DNA of 64,000 nucleotides from the NCBI GenBank assembly GCA_002269645.1, contig NIVC01001237.1, positions 310,001-374,000 on the forward strand. Direction: 5' to 3'. The notes under the pieces are model-generated. The model was not told the origin of the DNA, ran no database searches, and was given only the letters and a program-made list of their open reading frames with translations. Of this stretch, positions 13,251 through 24,955 are shown piece after piece; the stretch's first letter is position 1, and each line of letters begins with the position of its first letter. The DNA is from Macrostomum lignano. Lineage: Eukaryota. The translations under genes were made by a program, and so were the position numbers.

Positions 13251-13476
13251 CTGAAAAAAACAGCCTAACTTTAAAAGTGCATAGTGCCATTCAGGATTAA
13301 GTTTAAGACTTGAAATTTTACACGATTGTGTCAAAATAGTTAAAGATTGATTGTGTCAAATTTAAAGAGGGTCGGTAGAAGTGGAGCGGCGCTATAGAGG
13401 ATTTAGTGAAAAAATTGCGCATTTTGAGCAGTTTTTTGCACTTTTAGGTAGGAAGACTCAAATTTAGGAAATTTTA

Positions 13477-14633
13477 CTAGCCATTTAGCCCCCCACTAGG
13501 GGGCTTTAAAATGACACCAAGTGATTTTTATTTTGGCCTAACAGTAACCATTAATTTCCATTTCTATTAATCAAAAATTACTTTTTCTCACTTTGAAAAA
13601 AAAATAAATTGCCATGAATCAAAACTTTCACCAGTAAAAAAGTTTCCTTCAGCAGCCCAGAACCCTTTTTCAATCAGCAAATAGTGCTTATCCTTTCAAG
13701 CACAAACTCTTAGAACATATTGTCATTGGCCTGGGCATATTCTGGTCCGCAGCGGCAGCAGGAGCTCAATATGCCAATCCCTGACGGCCTTTGACCCCCC
13801 TCTTTATTAGCCTAACTCAAAGAATCAAACTTTTAATAAATATGCTGGTATTTCCTATCAGCAGAATTTAGCATCACTTGTATGTACTATTATATTATCT
13901 GAATTAAATGAGCTACTTGAGCCATACAACTTGACGATCTGACAATCGCTCAACAACCTAATCCCCTCCCCGAACAATTCAGCCACCCCCCATGAGCCTT
14001 GATATCTCAATAATTCAGCCATCCCCATGAGCCTTGACATCTTAGCAGTTCCCTTAGTAGGCCGTCGACATCGCAGATTTAAACTCGAGCCTTGACATCT
14101 ACGCAATTCTCCCAGGCCAGTAAGCCTTGACATCTCAGCAATTCCCCAAGTAAGCTTTGAAATGTCAGTAATTCCCTCAGTAAGCCTTGAAATCTCAGCA
14201 ATTCTTCCAGTAAGCCTTGACATCTTAGCAATTACCCCAGTAAGCCTTGACCTCTGAGAAATTCCCATGAGCTTGAAATCTCAGAAATTATCCCAAAAAG
14301 CCATGACATCTCAGTAATTCAACCAATAAGCCTTGAAATCTCAGCAGTTCCTGAGATGTCTCCACAACAACCTGAAATTATCCCTTCCAATCCCAAAAAA
14401 CAGACTTCAGTCATACTCTAGTGGCCTAGAATTGTCGCCATAGCAAACAAAAATTTACTCAGCAGTCCACAGTAGCCTAAGACATTCTCTGTAGTGAGTT
14501 AAGGGTGGGTGTAAATTTTAGTGTCATTTGGTTGAGTGGTTTGGGAGTCCATGGCATAGCGAACAAATTTGTCTAGGGCCTACAGACACACAGACAGACA
14601 CATAGACGGAGTTTTGATTTTTATATGTAGAGA
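13477..14633 (-). mobile_element. Non-autonomous Helitron, family 3 (1157 bp)
   Basis: Plus A|CTAG at 13476/13477-80 (minus CTAG|T). Hairpin GCCCCC-CACTA-GGGGGC at 13488-13504. The 5' end on minus is A|TCTCTACATATAAAAA at 14633, next to a GACA microsatellite. Internal ~30-bp AGTAAGCCTTGACATCTCAGCAATTCCCC repeats at ~13990-14350. Confidence 0.7.
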
Positions 14634-14744
14634 TTAATATAGCTCATAGTATGTTAAATTATAATTTAAGGTCATGACAAGCAATGCAGCTATAAAATGC
14701 ATAAATGTATTTTGACCAGCATGGCCATTTGGGCCAGGATTGTT

Positions 14745-15000
14745 AGCTAAATAGTAATAGGCTTATTTGACCAGCAGTGGGACAGGACTGCCGGCTAAAT
14801 ACTGATGGGCTTATTTGACTGGCAGTGGGGCAGGACTGTCAGCTAAATAGTGACAGGCTTATTTGACTAGCAGTGGGGCAGGACTGTCAGCTAAATAGTG
14901 ACAGGCTTATTTGACTAGCAGTGGGGCAGGACTGTCAGCTAAATAGTGACAGGCTTATTTGACTAGCAGTGGGGCAGGACTGTCAGCTAAATAGTGATAT
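14745..15000 (+). repeat. 48-bp tandem repeat, ~5 copies
   Basis: GCAGTGGGG recurs at 14822 and 14870 (48-bp period). Confidence 0.9.
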
Positions 15001-15021
15001 AAAACATAGTGAACTCCTTAA

Positions 15022-15573
15022 AACAAAATAGCAATGCACATCATAAACCCAAAATATCATATCTCCAAAAACAAAAATAGTATTGCCCATCATAAGCCCA
15101 AAATATCATAACTCCAAAAGTTCTAGCAATGTCCAACACTATTTTGGTATTCGGAGTTATGATATTTTGGCTTTGTGATATTTTGGGTTTATGATGGGCA
15201 ATGCTATTTGCCATTTTTGGTTTTCAGAGTTGTGATTTTTTGGGTTTATGATGGGTGTTGCTATTAATTTTGGAGTTGTAATTTTTCAGGTTTCTGATAT
15301 TTCGGGTTTATGATAGGCATTGCTATTTTGTTATTTGGAGTTATGATATTTCAGGTTTGTGATATTTTGAATTTGTGATATTTTGGGTTTGTGATATTTC
15401 GGGTTTATGATAGGCATTGCTATTTTGTTTTTTGGAGTTATGATATTTCAGGTTTGTGATATTTTGGATTTGTGATATTTTGGGTTTGTGATATTTCGGG
15501 TTTATGATATTTTGGGTTTATGATAGGAAGTGCTTTTGGAGTTGTGATTTTTCAGGTTTATGATGGCAACCCC
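15022..15573. repeat. Degenerate tandem repeat that switches orientation at ~15130 (foldback-like)
   Basis: Left arm CATCATAAACCCAAAATATCAT; right arm repeats ATGATATTTTGGGTTTATGATG. Confidence 0.75.
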
Positions 15574-16275
15574 TTCTAAGTATAGGCTTAGAAGTTATTT
15601 TTTGTATATATTTCATTTTTTATTAGAGTTTAGTATAGAATAGTTAAGCTTAGGCCTATAATAATTGTGTAAACCTGCTAGTTTCAACTCAAATTATTTG
15701 TATCATGTTTTTAGAAATATTTGCAATCCTATATGTAAAACACTAGGGAGTCCAGTGAGATTTTGAAACTTCTAAATTCAGAATTATTTTCTATACCATT
15801 TGGTAGATCTTAGTTATATGAGCAAAATGACACCTCACTTTTAAATTTTGGTCAAGTAATAAAAAAGTTATAGCACTTTTAGTGCCATATATTTTGTTGT
15901 CTCCGTAATGTATTTTTCCCATAAGCCACTGTGATCATTTTTGCGAAAAGAAGCATTTTTTTGACTAATAAGTTACATAACTTTTGAACTATTCAATGGA
16001 TTTTCATTCTTTATATGTCATTTTTAGCATTTTTCTTGTAGATTATTTTGCATTAGTCCTTTGAAAAATATAACTAATAGTTTTTTTTTATTCTCAAAAT
16101 AAAAAATATGCTATAAACACTTAATCATATAGTTTAGCATATATTATACTTAAGACTATGTAAGAAAACAAAAAGAAAAGTTGCTAAAAACTTGGGCTTT
16201 GACTATATCAATGTTTATAATAGAACTTTCAATAACATAATTTTCATACTTATGTCTATATAGTTAACTGTATAA

Positions 16276-19247
16276 TCCCTTATACTAAAAATGATTTGTG
16301 TCTCTGTGAGATAGATTTCAGAAAAAATGGCTCAACTGATTTTCTTCAAACTTGCACCATTCGATCAGAAATTTTCCTGGGACGGTACATGCATCTTGGC
16401 TAAGAAATTGCTCAATATTAAAAAGGGATTAAATATTCGGAAAACATGCTTTTTTGCAAAGGTCAAGCAGCTCTTTCGACCTGAAATGCATTATAAGAAT
16501 GCTAGAGAAAAAACTGACTGACTGAATTCCGATTGTGATAAAGATTACATCACAACCAGTTGAAAACAGTGCCAAAGAAATGCACACAAAACTTGATTTA
16601 AATTGCGTAACAATATTGCTAACTTAAATTGACACTGATACTGGCTGACTGAGAAATTGATTATGTTGTAACTTTTTACTCTAACCGATTTGCTATAAGA
16701 ATTTAATTATAAGGGCCACAATTCATGTTCTCCAATTGACAAGAGATAGCATAGATAGATGCGAACAGACTAAACTGCTAATGCAGCGACCTGGGTTCGA
16801 ATCTTAGTAGTGCAAAAAGATTTTTTTATTCAAAAACCTTAAAAACACATAATGCTAAACACAAAAAAGCACAATGTCAAACATTAAAGAGCCATCATGT
16901 CAAACATAAAAGAGCCAGCATGTCAAACATAAAAGGACCACCATGTCAAACATTAAAGAGCCACCATGTCAAATATTAAAGAGCCACCATTTCAAACATT
17001 AAAGAGCCATCATTACAGACATTAAGGTGCCACCAGGTCAAACATCAAAGAGCCTTCATGCCAAACATTAAAGAGCCATCATGTCAAACATTAAAGAGAC
17101 ACCATGTCAAACATAAAAGGACCATCATGTCAAACATTAAAGCGTCACCATGTCTAACATTAATGAGTCACCATGTCAAGTATATTTGTGACTCCATGTC
17201 AAACATAAAAGAACCACCATGAAGAACATTAAAGAGCCACCATGTCAAACATTAAAGAGCCACCATGTAGAACATAAAAGAGCCACCATGTCAAACATTA
17301 AAGAGCCACCATGTCAAACATAAAAGATACAAAATTTCAAATGTAAAAGCAAGCGTCATGCCAATTTTAAAGGAGCCACTATAGAGCTAAGGAAATTGTT
17401 GCACTAGCTACTTATTGTCTGGTGGATGCTTACCATTTGGAGGATGCTTGCTATCTGGGGGATGCTTCCTATCTGGGGGATGCTTGCTATCTGGGGGATG
17501 CTTGCAATCTGGGGGATGCTTGCTATCTGGGGGATGCTTGCTGTCTTGGGACATGATTTCTTTTTGCATTACACTTTATTTGAGCAGTTTGTCTGTTGTC
17601 TTTGTGAAGGCTTTATTTGGCTGTCTTTTTGTTACTTGTAGAGAACAGAGATTCTATCCAGATGTCCCAAGTTTCAAGTTGAAAACAGTGTCGAAGAAAT
17701 GCACACCCAACTTGATTGAAATTGCGTAACCATATTGCTAACTTAAATTGGGACTGATACTGGCTGACTGAGAAATTGATTATGTCATAACATTTTACTC
17801 TAACCAACTTGCTTTAAGAATTGAATTATAAGGGCCACAATTCATGTTCTCCAATTAAAAAGAGATCGCCCAGATGCGAACAGACTGGAATGCTAATGTA
17901 GCAACCTAGGTTCGAATCTTAGTAGTGCAAAAATATTTTTTATTAAAACACCTTAAAAACACACAAAACTGCTACACATAAAAGAAGCGCAATGTCAAAC
18001 ATAGAAGAGCAACCATGTTGAACATTAAAGAGACGTATATTGAACATGAAAGAGCTATCATGTCAAACATTAAAGAGCCACCATGTCAAATATTAAAGAG
18101 CCACCATATCGAACATAAACGAGCTATCAGGTCAAACATTAAAGAGCCACCATGTCAAACATTAAAGAGCCACCATTTTGAACATTAAAGAGCCACCATG
18201 TCAAACATTTAAGAGCCACCATGTCAAACATATATGTGACTTTCGTCAAACATTAAGAGCCACTATTTCGAACATAAAAGAGCTACCATGTCAAACATAA
18301 AAAAGACACAATGTCAAACATAAAAGAGCCATCATGTCAAACCTAAATGAGCCACCATGTCGAACATTAAAGAGCCACCATGAAGAACATTAAAGAGCCA
18401 CCATGTCAAACATTTAAGAGCCACCATGTCAAACATATATGTGACTTTATGTCAAACATTAAAGAGCCACCATTTGGAACATTAAAGAGCCACCACGTCA
18501 AACATAAAAGAGCCACCATGTCAAACATAAAAGAGCCTCCATGTCAAACATAAAAGAGCCACCATTTCAAACATATATGTGACTCCATGTCAAACAGTAA
18601 AGAGCCACAATGTGAAACATTAAAGAGCCACCATGTCAAACAATAAAGAGCCACCATGTCAAACATTAAAGAGCCACCATGTCGAACATTAAAGAGCCAC
18701 CATGTCAAACATTAAAGAGCCACCATGTCAAACATTAAAGAGACACCATGTCAGACATTAAAAAAACCCCGAATCAAACATAAGAGAGCCATCATGTAGA
18801 ACATAAAAGAGCTACCATGTCAAACATAAAAGATACAAAATTTCAAACGTAAAAGTAAGCGTCATACCAATTTTAAAGGAGCCACTATAGAGCTAAGGAA
18901 ATTGTTGCACTAGCTACTTATTGTCTGGTGGATGCTTACTATTTGGGGATGCTTGCTATCTGGGGGATGCTTCCCATCTGGGGGATGCTTGCTATCTGGG
19001 GATGCTTGCTATTTGGGGGATGCTTGCTATTTGGGGGATGCTTGCTATCTGGGGGATACTTGCTATCTAGGGGATGCTTGCTATCTGGGGATGCTTGCTG
19101 TCTTGGGATGATTTATTTTTGCATTACACTTTATTTGAGCAGTTTGTCTGTTGTTTTTATGAAGGCTTTATTTGGCTGTCTTTTTGTTACTTGTAGAGAA
19201 CAGAGATTCTATCCAGATGCCCCCCAACGGGGGGCGAAGATTGCTAG
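16276..19247 (+). mobile_element. Non-autonomous Helitron, family 2 (2972 bp), with internal duplication
   Basis: A|TCCCTTATACTAAAAATG at 16275/16276. Perfect hairpin GCCCCCC-AAC-GGGGGGC at 19219-19235, then an 8-nt spacer and CTAG|T at 19244-47/19248. The 5' ~550 bp is homologous to the family 1 5' region. Two 23-bp arrays (~16890-17340, ~17990-18840) and two 18-bp GGGGATGCTTGCTATCTG arrays (~17425-17545, ~18930-19105). Confidence 0.85.
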
Positions 19248-20162
19248 TATTTTATATAAATTTGTTGTAATGAGGTATATAGTCCTCATTTTTCTCATCT
19301 TCATTTATATACTAATGTTACTAATATACTAGCTTTGCATAATATTAGACAAGGCCAAGTTAAGAAAAGGTAATTGATAGTGACAAATTAGTTTCTTTGT
19401 AGAGAGTAAAACAGTGGCAGGGTGAGGTGCTACTTATCAAATGTAAGACTTAAAAGTCAATGAATACCCCCATTTAGACTAGTTGATCTAGCTAGTTAGT
19501 TAAGTATGCAAGTATATTGATTGCCAACTAGATACCGATTCATTTCTATGCTTAGCAGAATTAGGGGACCTATGATTATCTTATAATACATATAACCCTA
19601 TACTTTCTTTTTGAACCCCATTCCCTACCTAATATCTTAAAGATATTTATTTCAACAATAAAGAGACATTTAGATTTTTAGTTTGGTTTTTAAGAAATAT
19701 CAATAAAAAATAACTATAAAATATTTGATGTATAGTAATTTCTATCTAATGCAAGTAATGCTATATGGATTATTAATAAAGTGATGTCTCAAGATCTTAA
19801 AAAAGAGACATAATGTAACTTTTAAAAAAAAATGATCAAAGATGTATCAGAAGCTAGAATGCCATTGTCCCAAGGCTTCATTTATGTTACCAAGTGCTTG
19901 ATTGCTTGAAATTTAAATTAATGATATTGATCTTTATGCAACACAGCAATAAACACAAAGAAATTGTTGCAATAGTTGCAATATTTAAATGCAACAGCAA
20001 TGCTGTTCTGCTAGCAATCCTTTGAGCTAAGGGACTGGAAGCAACTAGCAACAACAAGAAGCAACAAGCTAGCAGTTTATTCACTTACTGATTAGTTAAT
20101 TCATCGAAATTTATTTTCGTGTAAGCACTATCCAGACAACAAAAGGCATCGAACTGGATACT

Positions 20163-20503
20163 ATGCCAGAGAAAGAGACTTGCTTTGACACCCAGTGCAT
20201 CACTGACCACCGGTTGTATAGTGTCAGATTCAAATGGACAATAAGCAACTGGGACTATGTCAGCATGCTTGGCTCGGGTGACAAGCTATCTAGCAGCCCG
20301 TTCTGGTCGCCAGAGAAGCCAGAAATTAAATGCTGCATGAACCTCTATCCAGATGGAATTGATAGAGATGCCGAGGCTATCTAAGCCTGTTCCTTGAAGT
20401 TAAAGAAGTCAATGGAGTGTCAATCAGTGAGACGACTTGTCAGATACCATCCAAGTTTGATCTGATTTTGCTGGAGAAGCGGAATAACGATGTTGAAATG
20501 GAG
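20163..20503 (+). CDS. SPOP-like MATH-BTB protein, exon 1 (one base missing at ~20372-20375)
   Basis: MATH motifs FKWTISNW and CMNLYPDG. The reading continues YLSLFLEV..FDLILLE only after a shift at GAGGCTATCTAA. Donor GAG|GTTTGT, phase 0. Confidence 0.8.
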
Positions 20504-20619
20504 GTTTGTGGTTTAATATGATGCTTATAAAAGAATACGAGTATAAGATAAGCTGAACCCCTGAAGCATAGGGAAGAATATGTAGCGAGGTCCCTGAAGT
20601 ATCGAAAGAAAGGAAGAAA

Positions 20620-21082
20620 CGGTATCCATGAAGCATCAGGAAGAGAGAAACGGGATTCCTGAAGTATCGGGAAGAGTGGAGAAGAAACAGGATTCCTGAA
20701 GTATCGGGAGGAGCAGAGAAACGGATTCATGAAGTATCGGGAAGAGCAGAGAAACGGGATCCCTAAAGTTTTGGGGAAAAGGAGAAACGGGATACCTGAA
20801 CAAAACGATGGAGAATAGGGAGGTCCTGATGGCACTGAGACCCTGGAGCATCGGGAAGAGAGGTTGCCGAGACCCTGAAGTATCAGGAAGAGAAGGTACT
20901 GAGGCCCTGAAGCATCGGGAAGAGAGGGTACTGAGGCCGTTAAGAATTGGGAAGAGAGGGTACTGAGGCCCTGAAGAATCGGGAAGAGAGTGTAATGAGG
21001 CCCTGAAGCATCGGAAGAGAGTGCAATGAGGCCCTGAAGCATCGGGAAGAGAGTGCAATGAGGCCCTGAAGCATCGGGAAGA
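20620..21082. repeat. ~32-bp degenerate minisatellite (SPOP-like intron 1)
   Basis: GGCCCTGAAGCATCGGGAAGAGAGTGCAATGA units. Confidence 0.9.
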
Positions 21083-21159
21083 GACGGTAGTGGTTACCAG
21101 TTTTCTCCGGGCACATCACACCCGAGTGAACTAATAAAAGAGCACCCCCCTTGCCCCAG

Positions 21160-21608
21160 GTGCAATTCGGCAAGAAGCACCTGCAGCACATGTTCAACAA
21201 AGAAGAAAACGACTGGGGCTTCAAACGATTTGTTGAGAAAGGCAAATTACGCGGCACATCTCTATCAGTTATTTGCAATCTAGATTTCATACTTAAGGGC
21301 GAATATCAGCACGTGTGTTCTAGCGCCGTAGCTGCGCCATCGGGTGACAATCTGGCTTGTCTAGCTGAAGACATGTCTAGCTTGTTAGAGGATCACACTT
21401 TCGCTGATATTAGCATCGGCATCGGTGAGACCGTATTCCGAGCTCATAAAACCGTATTAGCGGCCAGATCTAGCGTTTTTTAAAGCAATGTTTGCGCATC
21501 GATGCAAAGAATCCTCGTCAAATAGAGTCGATATTTGCGATACTAGTCCGGAAACTTGGCGTCACGTGATGCGGTTTCTCTACACCGGCAATATGGAGTT
21601 GAGCATAG
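21160..21608 (+). CDS. SPOP-like protein, exon 2 (one extra T at 21476-21481)
   Basis: CCCCAG|GTG acceptor; DWGFKRF (MATH); DISI..FRAHKTVLAARSSVF then, after a shift, KAMF..VMRFLYTG (BTB). Donor G|GTTTGT. Confidence 0.85.
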
Positions 21609-21671
21609 GTTTGTTAGTGCATTGGTTTTTTACTGTTTGCGTCATAGGGTGATTGAATAAAGTACACGTTG

Positions 21672-23452
21672 AGTACACTGTCTATGGGTCTCCAGGGTTG
21701 AGCACACTGTCTATGGGTGTCAGGGTGAGAACACTGTCTATGGGTGTCAGGGTTGAGAACACTGTCTATGGGTGTCAGGGTTGAGCACACTGTCTATGGG
21801 TGTCAGGGTTGAGAACACTGTCTATGGGTGGTCAGGGTTGAGCACACTGTCTATGGGTGTCAGGGTTGAGCACATTGACTTATGGGTGTCAGGGTTGAGC
21901 CACATTGACTATAGGTGTCAGGGTTTGCGCACACTGTCTATGGGTGTCAGGGTTGACCACACTGTCTATGGGTGTCAGGGTTGAGCACACTGTCTATGGG
22001 TGTCAGGGTTGAGCCACACTGTCTATGACTTTCAGGATTGAGCACATTGACTATAGGTGTCAGGTTGCGCACACTGTTTATTGGTGTCAGGGTTGAGCAC
22101 ATTGACTATAGGTGTCAGGGTTGCGCACACTGTCTATTGGTGTCAGGTTGAGCACACTGTCTATGGGTGTCAGGGTTGACCACACTGTATTACTGTCTAT
22201 GGGTGTCAGGGTTGAGCACACTGTCTATGGGTGTCAGGGTTGAGCACACTGTCCATGGGTGTCAGGGTTGCGCACACTGTCTATTGGTGTCAGGGTTGAG
22301 CACACTGTCTATGGGTGTCAGGGTTGACCACACTGTCTATTACTGTCTATGGGTGTCAGGGTTGACCACACTGTATTACTGTCTATGGGTGTCAGGGTTG
22401 AGCACACTGTCTATGGGTGTCAGGGTTGAGCACACTGTCTATGGGTGTTAGGGTTGATCACACTGTCCATGGGGTGTGGGGGGGACACACTGTCTATGGG
22501 TGTCAGGGTTGAGCACACTGTCTATTGGTGTCTGGGTTAACCATACTGTCTATTGGTGTCAGGGTTGACCACACTGTCTATGGGTGTCAGGGTTGACCAC
22601 ACTGTCCATGGGTGTCAGGGTTGAGCACACTGTCTATTGGTGTCAGGGTTGACCACACTGTCTATGGGGTGGGGGGGACACACTGTCTATGGGTGTCAGG
22701 GTTGAGCACACTGTCTATTGGTGTCAGGGTTGAGCACACTGTCTATGGGTGTCAGGATTGAGCACATTGACTATAGGTGTCAGGGTTGCGCACACTGTCT
22801 ATTGGTGTCAGGGTTGAGCACACTATCTATGGGTGTCAGGATTGAGCACATTGACTATAGATGTCAGGGTTGCGCACACTGTCTATGGGTGTCAGGATTG
22901 ACCACACTGTCCATGGGTGTCAGGGTTGAGCACACTGTCTATGGGTGTCAGGGTTGACCACACTGTCTCTGGGTGTCAGGGTTGACCACACTGTCTCTGG
23001 GTGTCAGGGTTGAGCACACTGTCTATTGGTATCAGGGTTGACCACACTGTCCATGGGGTGTGGGGGGACACTGTCTATGGGTGTCAGGGTTGAGCACACT
23101 GTCTATTGGTGTCTGGGTTAACCATACTGTCTATGCGTGTCAGGATTTGAGCACACTGTAAGCTGTCAGGATTGAGCACATTGTAAGCTGATAGGATAAG
23201 TTATCAGGAGTTGAGCACACTGTAGTTAACAGGAGTTGAGCACACTGTAGTTAACAGGAGTTGAGCACACTGTAGTTAACAGGAGTTGAGCACACTGTAG
23301 TTAACAGGAGTTGAGCACACTGTAGTTAACAGAAGTTGAGCACACTGTAGTTATCAGGAGTTGAGCACACTGTAGTTAACAGGAGTTGAGCACACTGTAG
23401 TTAACAGAAGTTGAGCACACTGTAGTTATCAGGAGTTGAGCACACTAGTTAT
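21672..23452. repeat. 28-bp minisatellite grading into a 25-bp variant (SPOP-like intron 2)
   Basis: GGGTGTCAGGGTTGAGCACACTGTCTAT up to ~23160, then TTGAGCACACTGTAGTTAACAGGAG. Confidence 0.95.
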
Positions 23453-23526
23453 CAGAGGTTAAGTTCTTGAACTCTGATTTGAGCACTAAAGCCATCATCC
23501 TTCCCTACTCGTCATGCCCCGCAGAG

Positions 23527-23822
23527 TGGAGGACCTGGCTGAGATCCTGAAGGTGGCGGACAAATACGAGGTGAACTCGTTGAAAGCGGCATGCGCCGAC
23601 CTCCTGGCCAGACAAATCTGTTTCAACAATTTCGAAGAGATCCTACTGCTAGCTCACATGCACAAGGCGGCCGGCCTGAAGCAGGCCTGCTGCCAGTTTA
23701 TGAAGCACAGCGCTCAACGAGTTGTCTGCAAGCCGGAATGGGAGGAACTGCAAAAGTCCTGGCCAGATCTCACCTCCGAGGTGCTTACTCAAGTTATTCG
23801 TCGCTCAAAAAAATCTTCATAG
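23527..23822 (+). CDS. SPOP-like protein, exon 3 (BTB end and BACK-like region)
   Basis: EILKVADKYEVNSLKAAC..ILLLAHMHKAAGLKQAC..stop TAG. Frame needs the AG at 23525-26 (GAG) or a further lost A after CAG 23522-24, so the start is uncertain by ~2 nt. Confidence 0.8.
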
Positions 23823-23984
23823 CTTTTTTTGTTTGTTTAGTTACTGGGCGATGTAGCGGAGATAAGCGTACCTCACGTGCAACTGCGCATTGCGAGTGTC
23901 AGGTGTGTGAATTCCAGTTTTCTTGGAATACAGTGTATTCGGGTCCACCTGTTGATTTGATTAATTTTCCCGATCCCGATTCCT

Positions 23985-24955
23985 AATCCATGATCCTAAT
24001 CCCTGATCCTAATCCCTAATCCGTCGATCTAGACTCCTAATCCTAATCCCTCGATCTGGATTCCTAATCCCTGATCCTAATCCCTAATCCATCGATCTAG
24101 ATTTCTAATCCTTGATCCTAATCCCTAATCCATCGATCTAGATTTCTAATCCCTGATCCTAATCCCTAATCTATCGATCTAGATTTCTAATCCTTGATCC
24201 TAATCCCTAATCCCCCGATCTGGATTCCTAATCCCTAATCCATCAATCTAGACTCCTAATTCCTGATTCCTCGATCTGCATTCCTAATCCCTAATCTCTC
24301 GATCTAGACTCCTAATCCCTAATCCCTCGATCTGGATTCCTAATCCCTGATCCTAATCCCTAATCCATTGATCTAGATTTCTAATCTTTGATCCTAATCT
24401 CTAATCCATTGATCTAGATTTCTAATCCTTGATCCTAATCTCTAATCCCCCGATCTGGATTCTTAATCCCTAATCCATCAATCTAGACTCCTAATTCCTG
24501 ATCCCTCGATCTGCATTCCTAATCCCTAATCCCTCGATCTAGACTCCTAATCCCTAATCCCTCGATCTGGATTCCTAATCCCTGATCCTAATCCCTAATC
24601 CATTGATCTAAATTTCTAATCCTTGATCCTAATCTCTAATCCATTGATCTAGATTTCTAATCCCTGATCCTAATCCCTAATCATAATCCCTAATCCATCA
24701 ATCTAGACTCCTAATTCCTGATACTAATCCCTAATCCCTCGATCTAGACTCCTAATCCCTAATCCCTCGATCTGGATTCCTAATTCCTTATCCTACTCCC
24801 TAATCCATCAATCTAGATTCCTAATCCCTGATCCTATTTTCTGATCCATCGATCTCGATTTTAAATCCCTGATCCTAATCACGAATCTCTGTTCCATCAA
24901 TCTAGATTCCTAATCCCTAATCCTATTCCCAATCCACCAGTCCTAATTCCTAATC
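23985..24955. repeat. Complex CCCTAAT/GATCTAGA-based satellite
   Basis: Interleaved CCTAATC(C), CCTGAT and TCGATCTAGATT modules. Confidence 0.9.

Noticed and set aside
20370-21483. Programmed ribosomal frameshifting in the SPOP-like gene
   Set aside because: The two shifts are in opposite directions, lack a canonical slippery heptamer in frame, and fall in homopolymer runs where this assembly shows length noise.
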